Source: an uncultured Planctomycetota bacterium
Lineage (GTDB): Bacteria; Planctomycetota; Planctomycetia; Isosphaerales; Isosphaeraceae
Length of the DNA stretch: 64,000 nt
Reading direction: 5' to 3'
NCBI GenBank assembly: GCA_963845755.1
Contig: CAWJTV010000001.1
Location: 96,001-160,000, forward strand
In this document: positions 44,812 through 61,616 of the stretch, piece by piece
Numbering within the stretch: the stretch's first letter is position 1
Layout: each line of letters opens with the position of its first letter
The notes under the pieces: generated by a model
Seen by the model: only the letters and a program-made list of their open reading frames with translations
Database searches by the model: none
What the model was told of the DNA's origin: nothing
Translations under genes and position numbers: made by a program

Positions 44812-45259
44812 GATCGATTCCTTTCCACCGTTACGGGATGCTCAATGGGCCTACGAACCTTCGGTGCCGGTGGTTCCGCCTTTCGAGGTTATCGGGGTAG
44901 CCGGTCCTGATCAAGCCAGGTATGAGCTGCTCCCATTCGCTGGCCCAGTCATGATGGAATCCTCCCTCTACTCCGCGATCGCCTCCATTCGGTCAAGCGA
45001 AACGATCTCGCGGCCCATCACTCCGAGCAAAGCCACGATTCGTTTCGGTTCCGCAAGAGGGAGGAAGTTGAGGCCCACCGATTGTGGCTTGCCGGAAAAA
45101 ACCTGGCCATCGACCTAATCGGAAGCTAAGAAACCACTTATCGAAACCCCCGATTCCACGGAGGCCGTCTGGACACTCCATGGCAACACGTGTATACTAC
45201 CAATTCCTCCCCGTTTCGTTGGTAGCAGTTCCACAAAGGGAGATGAGGACCAACCAGGG

Positions 45260-51874
<6,615 letters not shown>

Positions 51875-51962
51875 TCGGCCGGCTGGTTCGTCTTGGAGAC
51901 CATCCGAGGACCGCGTAGGGTGGGCGAAACCCACCGAAAAGTGGCCCGATCCTGGTGGGTTT

Positions 51963-53422
51963 GGAACGCCGACGAAATAACATCCCCATTTCAGGGTGCC
52001 AAACTGCTGTTCGCCATGAGAACCTAGGTAAGATAGGAAGATCCAGGCTGTTCCTGGGGCGCGACCCGTCTGCCTCCCCGCGATGTCGGTTTTCGGAGGG
52101 CCCTTCTGGTCCCGGGGGGCGTGCGGTGGTATAGCGAGGATTGTTCCGTATCTGGGTCTTTAGCCGGAGGCCAATCATGTCGCCTTATTCCCCGGACGTC
52201 GAGCGGACCATGAGAGCATTCTACCATTCCTTGCGCGAGAATGATCGGCGACGGTATGCGGCGGTCGAGGCGGCCAAGTTGGGTCACGGCGGGGTCGAGT
52301 ACATCGCCAAGGTCTTGGGCGTCGATCCCAAGACCATTCGTCACGGCCAGCGCGACCTCGAGGATCTCCCCGCCGAACCCGCTCCGCAGGTCCGCCAGCC
52401 CGGCGGGGGGCGGAGACGGCGGCTCGATCAAGACCCCGAGATCACCAACAACTTCCACAAGGTCCTCCTCGATCGCACCGCCGGCAGCCCAACCGCGGAG
52501 TCCCTGATCTGGACCAACTTGACCAAGATCGAAATCGCAGGTGGCATGCGAGAGTGTGGAAGCTTTGTCAGTGTGCATATCGTCAGCCAACTGCTCGATC
52601 AGGAAGGTTTCCATGAACGCAAAGCCCTGCGCATGGAACCGCTGAGCCGCCACCCCGAGCGAGACCACCAATTCCAGACGATCGGCCGGCTCAAGGGGGA
52701 ATACCTCGACTCCCCCCACCCGGTCCTGAGCATGGACCTGAAATCCCGAGAACGGCTCGGCAACTTCTTCCGCGCCGGCACGCTCCAGACGCGACAGACG
52801 ATCCGGGTGTTCGACCACGACTTCGACGAGTTCGCCGAGGGATTCGTGTTGCCCCACGGGATCTACGACCTCAAGCAGAATCGCGGATACATCCACCTAG
52901 GCACGAGTCATGATACCAGCGAATTCGCATGCGACTGCGTCAAGGACTGGTGGGACCGATTCGGCAACGCGGTCTACCTGCAGGCGACGTCGCTGCTGCT
53001 GCTCTGCGATGGCGGCGGGAGCAACCCGGCGGACAACGACCGCTACCAGCAGCACTTGTTCCGGGCCGACTTGCAACGCCTGGCCAACGACCTGGAGTTG
53101 GAGATCCGGGTGGCGCACTATCCGCCGTACGCCTCGAAGTTCAACCCGATCGAACATCGCCTGTTCCCCCACCTGACGCGGGTCTGCAAGGGCGTCATCC
53201 TGCACAACATCGACTGGGTCGCCGAACTGATGAGGAAAGCCACGACGCGGACGGGCCTGACGGTTCAAGTCAACATCCTGGACAAGGTCTATCAACTCGG
53301 CCGAAAGGTCAGCGAAACCGCCAAGGATGCCGTGAAGCTGCTCCGGGACGCCATCCTGCCACGCTGGAACTACCGCATTTTACCCAATGTGTGAAGTCGG
53401 GAAGTTATTTCGTCGGTGTTCC
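51963..53422 (+). mobile_element. ISAzo13-family insertion sequence (1460 bp)
   Basis: 24-bp IRs GGAACGCCGACGAAATAACATCCC / GGAACACCGACGAAATAACTTCCC (22/24). No clean target duplication visible. Confidence 0.88.
52177..53394 (+). CDS. ISAzo13-family DDE transposase
   Basis: ENDRRRYAAVEA, SHDTSEFA, LLLLCDGGGSN, HYPPYASKFNPIEHRLF and C-terminal WNYRI. Intact ORF. Confidence 0.9.
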   Translation: MSPYSPDVERTMRAFYHSLRENDRRRYAAVEAAKLGHGGVEYIAKVLGVDPKTIRHGQRDLEDLPAEPAPQVRQPGGGRRRRLDQDPEITNNFHKVLLDRTAGSPTAESLIWTNLTKIEIAGGMRECGSFVSVHIVSQLLDQEGFHERKALRMEPLSRHPERDHQFQTIGRLKGEYLDSPHPVLSMDLKSRERLGNFFRAGTLQTRQTIRVFDHDFDEFAEGFVLPHGIYDLKQNRGYIHLGTSHDTSEFACDCVKDWWDRFGNAVYLQATSLLLLCDGGGSNPADNDRYQQHLFRADLQRLANDLELEIRVAHYPPYASKFNPIEHRLFPHLTRVCKGVILHNIDWVAELMRKATTRTGLTVQVNILDKVYQLGRKVSETAKDAVKLLRDAILPRWNYRILPNV

Positions 53423-53481
53423 TCACCCACCTACAAAGCCCGGGATGACGACCTCGCACCGCTCCTTATCTCGAATTGGCC

Positions 53482-54466
53482 TCAGGTGGCATAGGCGTTG
53501 ACTCGGAACCGGTGCAAGTTCTCGCGGACCCAGGCGATCGTCTCGTCGAGCCCGCGTTCGAGCGAAAACTGCGGCTCCCATCCCCAGAGGTCGCGTGCCT
53601 GCGCCGTGCCGGCGAGGAGCCGCTCCACCTCGCTGGCGGCCGGCCGGATGCGCTGCGATTCGGACTCGACACGGAGGGACCGTCCAAGTCGACGGCCGAT
53701 CACCTCGACCAACTCGCCGATCGCGATGTCGTCACCGCGGCCGATGTTGACCGCACGACCCAGCGCCGCATCGCACTCCGCGATCGCGACGAAGCCTGCC
53801 ACCGTGTCTTTGACATAGGTGAGATCGCGGCGGGGGTCCAGTCTGCCGAGCTTGATCACCGGCCGCGACAACGCCTGGCTGATGATCGTCGGAATGATCG
53901 CTCGGGCCGACTGCCGCGGGCCGAACGTGTTGAAGGGCCGCAAGATCGTCACGGGCAGATCGAACGCCCGGTGATAGCTCTCCCCCAGAGCATCCGCGGC
54001 GATCTTGGTCGCGGCGTATGGGGACTGGCCCTGAAGCGGGTGCCGTTCGTCGATCGGCACGGACCGCGCCGTGCCATAGACCTCGGACGTCAACGTCAGG
54101 ACCACCCGTTCCAACGTCGAGCTGCCCCGGCATGCCTCGAGCACGCTGCGCCGTGCCCAGCACATTGGTTTGGATCACGTCGTAGGGATTGTGATAGGAG
54201 TAGGGGATCGCGATCAAGGCCCCGAGGTGGAATACCCGCTCCTGTCCCTCGACGGCCTTTCGCACGGCGCTCGGATCCTTCAGGTCGCCCCGGGCGAGTT
54301 CGAGCTCGGCTTGAATCTCCGCGGGCAGTTCCGCAAGGTGCCCCCGGTCGTCGCGACCACTGTAGCGCACGAACGAGCGAACGCGATGTCCTTCCTGCAC
54401 CAAGCGTTCCACCAGATGGCTTCCGATGAACCCGCCCGCGCCCGTCACAAGGACCTTCCTGCCCAT
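53482..54466 (-). CDS. NAD-dependent sugar-nucleotide 4,6-dehydratase/epimerase (one frameshift)
   Basis: TGAGGFIGSH, HLGALIAIPYSY, STSE-like TSEVYG, SPYAATK and RPFNTFGPRQ. Confidence 0.9.
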
Positions 54467-54902
54467 CGGTGCCCGACTCCTTCCCTCTTGCGACCGGCTT
54501 CATCCTCGAATGCCGGGATTCTCCCCGGCCCGGAGATCCTAAGCCTTTCTCTCGTTCGCCGCCATCTCGAATCATCGCTCCCGAATCGCACCCAACCGGA
54601 GGGCCTGAAGGTCAAGGTTGTGGGGAGGGTTGTCGTCGTCAGTGCGCCGGGCGGCGATTCATTCCCGTTATCGACCATCGAAATGATTTTTTGTGCACTA
54701 TCCGACAAGGCCTTTTCTCATCAATCAGGATCAGTCTATCCAGATCTCCTGACCATCGGTTGCTCAAAAATTATTCAGTCTTCTTATTCTACCCCAAATC
54801 GCTAAAGCCACTATTCAGTTCGACCGATATCTTTTACTGAATTCCCGTGGTCGGTGATCCCCCGAGAAGCTCAACCGGCGATTTGGTCGCTGTTGATGAA
54901 CC

Positions 54903-55868
54903 ATGAAGACAACTGAGCGCGTACATCCTGTGACGATTCCACGACGGATTCTCGGCATCGTCGCCGCGTTGGGTTTATTCATCTCAACCTGGCCGGCAAT
55001 CGAAAATGGGTTCAAAGCGGTCCGATCGTGGATGGTCGAGAGTCTAGCCGACTGGGATACGTGGACACCCGGTGAGCGAGGCCGCATGCTGGCGACCGAG
55101 TGGCCCGATCCGCGTCGATTCGAGGTCGGTGCGGCGACCGAGCCGGCGCGGCCCTCGCGCTCGGGACCAATGACGACGCGGCACGAGATGGGCTCGAACC
55201 GTCCGGTCGAGGCCGGAGATTGGGTCGCGACAGCCGGAGATGCATCCATCGAAACGAGACTTGCGGTGGAGGTTTGCCGGATTACCGGCGACTCTGGGGC
55301 CGATCTCACGATTCCCGGGCCGACGTCTCGATCGCAACGGGAAGTCGTGGTCGTGAATTCGGTCGATGACATCTTCGAAGAGAACCCGGACGGGTATCAA
55401 CCGGACCAGGAGGACCTGGCATCCGATATCATGAGCCGGCCACTGGCGACGATGGCCGGGCCGAGGTTCGCGCCGACGGAGCCACTCGATGACCCGGTTG
55501 CTCTCGGCACCGAATGGGATCAATGGGACGACGTTCTCACCACGTCTCCGGAGTCTCCGTCGGTCGTTTGCGAGTGCTTCGAGCCGATCGCCGTGGCGGA
55601 CGACCGGGAAGAAGGGATCGCCGACGAGCGGAGTCGCGGCTTCGCCGCGATCAGGGTGGATGCCCCGCAGGCCGGGTACAACCCATCCCCGCGCTTACTT
55701 TCGAGCTTCCAGGTCGAGAATCATCCACCCTCCCCGGTTCTCGATCGATCGAGGAATCCGACCCGTCACGACGAGTTGGGGCGAGCGCTCGCCTTGACCC
55801 GCGACGCGGCTCGCGCCTGGATGGATGTATTGGCAGGACAGACCTTGGTCCGGGTGTCCTCCCGGTGA
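54903..55868 (+). CDS. Hypothetical protein with N-terminal membrane anchor
   Basis: 321-aa ORF; ILGIVAALGLFISTW anchor, acidic disordered middle, helical C-terminus. Confidence 0.55.
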   Translation: MKTTERVHPVTIPRRILGIVAALGLFISTWPAIENGFKAVRSWMVESLADWDTWTPGERGRMLATEWPDPRRFEVGAATEPARPSRSGPMTTRHEMGSNRPVEAGDWVATAGDASIETRLAVEVCRITGDSGADLTIPGPTSRSQREVVVVNSVDDIFEENPDGYQPDQEDLASDIMSRPLATMAGPRFAPTEPLDDPVALGTEWDQWDDVLTTSPESPSVVCECFEPIAVADDREEGIADERSRGFAAIRVDAPQAGYNPSPRLLSSFQVENHPPSPVLDRSRNPTRHDELGRALALTRDAARAWMDVLAGQTLVRVSSR

Positions 55869-55885
55869 TCGGACCGGCGCGACGG

Positions 55886-56314
55886 CTAATTGTCCCGGAC
55901 CGAGGCGATGATCAGAGAGGGTTCGACTCCATCGTCATCATCCGGAAGTGCGTCGAGCTCGAAGACAGCCCGGCGGTAGCCCAGTGCCACAGCGACCCGG
56001 AGGACCTCGCCATAAGACGGGAAGGCCTTTCCCGAGAGTTCCTTGAACCGCTGCATCGCGGTCATGAATTCCATCTCGTCGTCCGTGTATTGCTTCTCGA
56101 AGGTGGTCGGATCGATCCGCCGGCGGCGATCGGCCCTCTGGCGGCGCTGGGGCGTTTTCTCGGTGCCGGCTTCTCGCGGAACGTCCTGACGCGGAGCCGA
56201 GGGACCGCGACGATCGCGTCCGTGCCGGCGGTCGTGGAACACCGAGTTCCGGGGATAAGCGGAAAAATCGAATTCCGGCGTCGGGGAATTCGTCTGATCA
56301 TGGTCATCAGTCAT
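55886..56314 (-). CDS. Conserved-looking hypothetical protein with DRR repeats
   Basis: DRRHGRDRR...DRRRRIDPTTFEKQYTDDEMEFMTAMQRFK...FPSYGEVL...LGYRR. Confidence 0.7.
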   Translation of the reverse strand: MTDDHDQTNSPTPEFDFSAYPRNSVFHDRRHGRDRRGPSAPRQDVPREAGTEKTPQRRQRADRRRRIDPTTFEKQYTDDEMEFMTAMQRFKELSGKAFPSYGEVLRVAVALGYRRAVFELDALPDDDDGVEPSLIIASVRDN

Positions 56315-56908
56315 CGGAATCGGATCCCATAACGGGCCTTCCGGAGTGGTCTGTTCACGGCCTTCAGTACCCAGATAACTACTAGGATACCGAGAGTCCG
56401 CTGTCAAAGATCGTGGATGCTCGGATGGGCCTCTGAGTCGTCGGCAGTTTCGCAGATTGGCTGATCGGGCAAGCATGTGGCATAATGGATCGCGATGGGA
56501 TGGTGGCCACGGCAAGGCTCGCGCATTGGGGATGATCACTGCTCGGAAGGGGAGGAACCCGATTCCGTCGCCGAAGGTCACGTGCCGTCTCGACGCTCGC
56601 GACACGCACCGATCGCGGGACACGGCCCGGCACGTTCCCTGCCAGTTTTTCAGAGGATGTCTCCAAGGGGTCTCGGTCGCGTAGGTGCCCTTGACCTCGC
56701 CTCGGCAATACCCGCCGATCAAAGATGAAATAGATCGGTGGGTTGCACCCACTTTATTCATGGGAGATCGGGCATTCGAGACATCCTGCCGGAGAGGGCC
56801 TTGTGGGAAACTATCCTGTTCCGTAAGTTGGGTATGAGGGAACATCGAGCGCCCATGCCGGTGCTTGTGCTGGTGCCGGTCACTTCCTTCTAGCGGAGAG
56901 CATCGACC

Positions 56909-58606
56909 ATGTCCCTAATCGCACGACTCTGGAGAGGTGCCGGGTTCCTGATACTGGGTGGCGTCCTGTTACCCGGTGCTTCAACCTTCGGTGCCGACGA
57001 TTCGACCGTCGCCAAGCAATTGATCGAATTAGGCCGTCAAGCTCTCGTGCAGGGCTCAGTTCCGACGGCCCGAACGTTCTATCAGAAAGCCCTCAAGCTC
57101 GACCCGACCAACCAGGCCGCCGCCAAGGGCCTGGAAGACATCAAGCGAACTGAGGACTCGGTCGTACGCGTCGCCTTGCAGCAGGATCCGGCCACACCGC
57201 CGGCCGCACCCGCGGCCGATCAGCCGGCAGCCGCGACGCCTGCCGATGTCCAGGCGACCCTGGAACAAACCCAGGCCTCGGAAAACCTCGCCCGCCAGCA
57301 GTTAACCAACGACGTCGAACAACGGCTCCAGCGCGCCCGCGAGTTGATGGACGCCCGTCAGCCCGAGGCCGCCTTGAACCTCCTCCGTCTCACCCTCAAC
57401 GTCGTCCGCTCCGCCGCCTCGGTGCCGGAAGGGGATCGCGGGAAGCTCGAACGCCGCATCCAGGCGCAGATGATCTCCACACAGCAGGCCGAGGAGCGCG
57501 TCGTTGCCGATCGCGCCGAACAGCTCCGCCTGGAGTCCGCCGCCGAGCAACGCACCCGCGCCGTCAACCTGTTCCAGCGCAACAAGGAGACCATCGGCTC
57601 CATGATGGTCCAGTTCGACACCCTCATGAGCGAAGGCGTCTACAACGTCCTCTTCAGCGGCGGATTGGGCGACATCAGGGCCGCGAGCATGCCGTTCTAC
57701 GAGGCCAGACTGCTGGCCCAGAAGGCCTATGCCTTGCAGCGCGGGGCTCCCTTGCCCTACAGCGATAACAACCCCGCACCCGCCGCCGGCGAAGCGGTCG
57801 CCAACGCCGTGAACTTCTACAACCAGGAAATGCAATTCAAGAAGCTCAAGTACTATCGCTTCCTGATGACGACTGAGGACATCGTCCGCGCCTCGGTCCC
57901 CTTCCCCGACAATCAATTCATCGAGTACCCCGACGCCGATTGGTGGCGGTTTATCTCCGAGAAGCGGATCAAGCGCTGGGGCCGGGCGGTGGACCTCTTC
58001 GACCGTGATGCCAAGACCCGCCAGATCCTGGAGAAGCTCGACGAGCCGATCTCGATGTCCTTCGCCAATGAGACGCCGCTGGACGACGTCCTGAAGTACA
58101 TCAAGCAGGCGACGACCACGCCGACCTTCACGGGCATCCCGATCTATGTGGATCCGCTGGGCCTGCAAGAGGCGGAGCGGTCGCTCAACTCGACCGTGCA
58201 AATCGACCTGGAGGGCGTGCCGCTGAAGACCACCCTGAAACTGATCCTCAAGCAACTCGGCCTGGCGTATACCGTCAAGGATGGGTTCCTGATGATCACG
58301 TCGGAAGACTCGGAAGACAAGCAGACCGAGATCCGCGTCTATCCCGTGGCCGACCTGGCCATCATCCCCATGGCACTGATGATGGGCGGTGGTGGCGGTG
58401 GCGGTATGGGTGGCGGCATGGGTGGTATGGGTGGCGGTGGAATGGGCGGTGGAATGGGTGGTATGGGTGGCGGTGGAATGGGCGGTGGAATGGGCGGCGG
58501 TGGAATGGGCGGTGGAATGATGGGTGGTATGATGTCGATTCTACCCGTCGATCCCCAGGTGCCCGATGACGCCGACAGTGGCTTTCTGCAAAAAAAAAGC
58601 AACTGA
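56909..58606 (+). CDS. Exported protein with TPR, STN/secretin-N-like domain and Gly/Met-rich tail
   Basis: Signal peptide; LDEPISMSFANETPLDDVL...GVPLKTTLKLIL...RVYPVADL; GGM repeats. Confidence 0.75.
   Translation: MSLIARLWRGAGFLILGGVLLPGASTFGADDSTVAKQLIELGRQALVQGSVPTARTFYQKALKLDPTNQAAAKGLEDIKRTEDSVVRVALQQDPATPPAAPAADQPAAATPADVQATLEQTQASENLARQQLTNDVEQRLQRARELMDARQPEAALNLLRLTLNVVRSAASVPEGDRGKLERRIQAQMISTQQAEERVVADRAEQLRLESAAEQRTRAVNLFQRNKETIGSMMVQFDTLMSEGVYNVLFSGGLGDIRAASMPFYEARLLAQKAYALQRGAPLPYSDNNPAPAAGEAVANAVNFYNQEMQFKKLKYYRFLMTTEDIVRASVPFPDNQFIEYPDADWWRFISEKRIKRWGRAVDLFDRDAKTRQILEKLDEPISMSFANETPLDDVLKYIKQATTTPTFTGIPIYVDPLGLQEAERSLNSTVQIDLEGVPLKTTLKLILKQLGLAYTVKDGFLMITSEDSEDKQTEIRVYPVADLAIIPMALMMGGGGGGGMGGGMGGMGGGGMGGGMGGMGGGGMGGGMGGGGMGGGMMGGMMSILPVDPQVPDDADSGFLQKKSN
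58378..58533 (+). repeat. Low-complexity coding repeat (GGM)n
   Basis: Repeated GGCGGTGGAATG-type units encoding GGGM. Confidence 0.85.
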
Positions 58607-58611
58607 CCGAG

Positions 58612-59994
58612 GTGCTTCAAGGTAACCCGTCCTCCAAGCCTTCGCCAAAATCGCAGGGCCAGCGCGGCGCTTCGCCGGCTGGCCCTTCGTCGTCACTGGG
58701 CCAGTCGCACGATGGTGGCCCCCTCGTCCGGCCGGGGTCCTCGGCTGCTGGCCGCGACATGGCTCCGCTGATCCGCCCGCGTGGAGAGAAGGGTCAGGAT
58801 CTGATTCCGATCGAGAGCAGCAAGGCGATCGTGGCCAAGACCGCATCAGGTGGCCACACCGACCCGCTTGCATTCTGGATGAATTATTATCGCACCAAGG
58901 ACCAGAAGAAGATCGAGCCCGAGAGGCTACGCGAGACCGTCGAGCTCTTGAACCTCAGCGGCAAGAGACGCGACGTGGAGGCGGCCTTGCGAGCCTATCT
59001 GACCCTCCAAAACAAGCATCGCGAGACCTGGATGTATGAAGCGTTAGCCATCGCGATCGAGATGAATCACGGATCGCCGGCGGACGTCAAGACTTCCCTC
59101 TACTACGCGGCCGACGTGGCGCAGCAGTCCCACAACCCCAACTTCCTGTTGAGCGTTGCCAGCATGTTGTTCATGAGGGGGTATTTCGATCGCATCGGCG
59201 CGTTGCTGGATGAGACTGCCGACAAGGTCCCTCACCGGTCGGAACCGCTGGTCATGTCGATCAACCTGGCGCAGAAGTCCAAGGACCCGCGCCGGATGGG
59301 TGCGACGATCGATCGGCTGCTCTCGCTCGGCTGGCCCGGCCAGGACGATTATTTCCGCGTCGAGTCTCGCAATCAGGCCGAGACCCTGGCCAAGACGCTC
59401 CGCGAGGACGGACGCGCTCAGGAGGCCGACGCCCTGCTGGCCAAGCTGACCGCTTCCGAGGCGCGGGATGTGTTCATCCGCCTGAGCTGGGACGGGTCGG
59501 CCGACTATGACCTGGCGGTCAACGAACCGTTGGGCGTGACGGCCAGCTTCCAGATGCCTCGGACCGTCTTCGGCGGCTCGGTGATCAAGAACGGCTACGG
59601 CTCTCATCCCGAGGAGGTGTACGTCTGCCCGAGGGGCTTCGATGGCGACTATACCGTCCGCATCAGCATGATCTGGGCCGACCCCAGCAAACCCGTGACT
59701 GGCCTGACCCTCGTGACCATCGCGCACGAAGGGACCGCCAAGGAACAGAAGGCAGTCTACAAGATCGCACCCAACAAGCTCGACAAGCCCTTCGTCCTGC
59801 ATTTGTCCGGCGGGCGCCGCGAGAAGGTCCTCCCGTTCATCAACCCCGTAGCGATCCTGGAGGAAGCCTTCCAACTGGAAGCCAAGAAACACCCCAAGGC
59901 CAAGAAGAATGCTCGAACGGCTGCCGCGGGCCCTTCCACTGGCGATGCCAAGGCACAGCCATCGGCCAAGCAAGCGGCCAAGCCCAGGTTCTAG
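58612..59994 (+). CDS. Hypothetical helical-repeat protein with C-terminal beta domain (possibly fused to upstream ORF)
   Basis: WMYEALA, LLSLGWP, LSWDGSADYDLAVNEP and EVYVCPRGFDGDY. No clear RBS; open in the -1 frame through the upstream A9 run. Confidence 0.7.
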   Translation: MLQGNPSSKPSPKSQGQRGASPAGPSSSLGQSHDGGPLVRPGSSAAGRDMAPLIRPRGEKGQDLIPIESSKAIVAKTASGGHTDPLAFWMNYYRTKDQKKIEPERLRETVELLNLSGKRRDVEAALRAYLTLQNKHRETWMYEALAIAIEMNHGSPADVKTSLYYAADVAQQSHNPNFLLSVASMLFMRGYFDRIGALLDETADKVPHRSEPLVMSINLAQKSKDPRRMGATIDRLLSLGWPGQDDYFRVESRNQAETLAKTLREDGRAQEADALLAKLTASEARDVFIRLSWDGSADYDLAVNEPLGVTASFQMPRTVFGGSVIKNGYGSHPEEVYVCPRGFDGDYTVRISMIWADPSKPVTGLTLVTIAHEGTAKEQKAVYKIAPNKLDKPFVLHLSGGRREKVLPFINPVAILEEAFQLEAKKHPKAKKNARTAAAGPSTGDAKAQPSAKQAAKPRF

Positions 59995-60201
59995 CTCAGG
60001 ATTTGGTCGGAGCGCCCTGGCACCTTCGGTGAGTTCCGATTGCGAGGGCGCGTGGGCTCGGGTTATATTCATCCAAGGAGTCGTTACCCTGAAGCGCCGC
60101 GGCCGGATCAAACCGGATGCCCCAGAACGCGGCGATCCACCCGGCACACGGAAGGCGACAACCGCGAGACAGCGGATTGACCTCTGGATGGAGCATTTCC
60201 C

Positions 60202-61510
60202 GTGAGCGACAACCGCCGAGCAGCTCGCAGGTGGGTCGCGGTCGTCCTGGGATTGGGAGGCATGGGGCTGACGGACGCCGCCGGCCTGGCGCAGGACCCC
60301 GCGGTCTCGCTGTTCGACCGGGTTCCGGAAGGCGGCCGGGCGCGTGCGGCCGGCCCTCGTCGCGATCCGGCCGCTGGATGGCGAACGGCCAATCCCGTTT
60401 GGCCCGGGCCAATTCGGCCCGGGCATCGTACTGCCGCCAAGGGCCGGACTGCTCGGAGACGACGACCGCCGACCGGGGTGTTCGGGGATCATCGTCAACG
60501 CCGACCAAGGCCGGATCCTCACGATCGACCATGCGCTCCGGGGAGCGTCCCAGGTCCTTGTCATCTTTTCTGACGGCCGGCAGCGCGCCACCAGCGAGAT
60601 CCGGCGCGACCCTCGGAGCGATCTGGCCCTCCTGGTCGTGGATCCCCAGGGCTTGGGCCTGACTCAGGTCTCCTGGGGCGATGCCAACACCCTCGAGCCG
60701 GCGGATTGGGTGCTTGCCTTGGGCCAGCCGGGCGGCTCCGCGCCGATGATGTCCGCGGGGATCGTCAGCGCGCGGCGACGGATCGGCGGTGAGTCGATGA
60801 TCGAGACCGACGCCGTGATGACTCCGGTCAACTCGGGAGGACCGCTCGTCAATCTGAATGGGGACGTGGTCGGGATCAACCAGGTGGGGGGGAGACGACG
60901 TGATGGCCTGGAAGGGATGGGGTACGCGATCTCCGGCGATCGTGCGCGGAGGATTGCCGCAGATCTCGCCCGGTTCGGTCGGGTGCGGCGGGCGTACATC
61001 GGAGTCCAGATCAAGCCGGTTGACCCGTCGACGACGACCGGCCGAGATTTGCCCGTCGGCGTGGTGATTGGCGGCGTCGAGGCGGGTGGTCCGGCGGCCG
61101 AGGCCGGCCTTCGCGCGGGAGACGTCCTCATCCAGGTCCGTGGCCGGCCGATCGATGGGATCGCCACCCTTCAGGACCTGATCGAGTTCGTGCCCATCGG
61201 TGAGGAGCTGACCCTGACCATCGAGAGGCTGGGCCGGCGGTCGGACGTGAAAGTCCGGCCGCGAGCGATGCCAGACCCGGCGGGACTGTTGGGATCGATC
61301 CGACGGCGCGGTCCGCTGCTGGAAACCCGGCGTGATCTCCCACGGGGACGGTTCCCGGTCCGCGAGCGGATGGTCCCGCGCCGAACGATCCCGGCCCGCC
61401 CCGTTGCACCGGAATCCGCCTCCCCGACGAACGCATCCGACCGCCCGGATGGTTCGACGACCCCACGGCCGGAATCGCCCGACGGGCAGACCGAGTCCCC
61501 GCTGCGATGA
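60202..61510 (+). CDS. HtrA/DegP-like trypsin serine protease with PDZ domain (one frameshift)
   Basis: Signal peptide; triad TIDHA, SDLA, NSGGPL; PDZ GPAAEAGLRAGDVL. Confidence 0.85.
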
Positions 61511-61616
61511 GCCGGCGTTCGCTCCGGCCCGGTCCTTGACGCCCGCGCCCGAGGACGAGCTTCGGAAGTCCTGTTTCTCTCGTTTGATGCTCTCGGAACA
61601 AGGATGGTTGAACCGC

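Larger units (their letters stand above)
51915..53434. repeat. GTAG-type REP pair split by ISAzo13 (parts 51915-51962 and 53423-53434)
   Basis: GTAGGGTGGGCGAAACCCACC...GGTGGGTTT | IS | TCACCCACCTAC. Confidence 0.8.

Noticed and set aside
45186..45193. ACACGTGT palindrome upstream of uvrA as an SOS box
   Set aside because: Only 8 bp, single copy, and no match to a LexA motif I can support.
58378..58533. Repeat array as CRISPR or non-coding repeat
   Set aside because: It is a codon-level GGM low-complexity tract inside a CDS, with no spacers and no cas genes.
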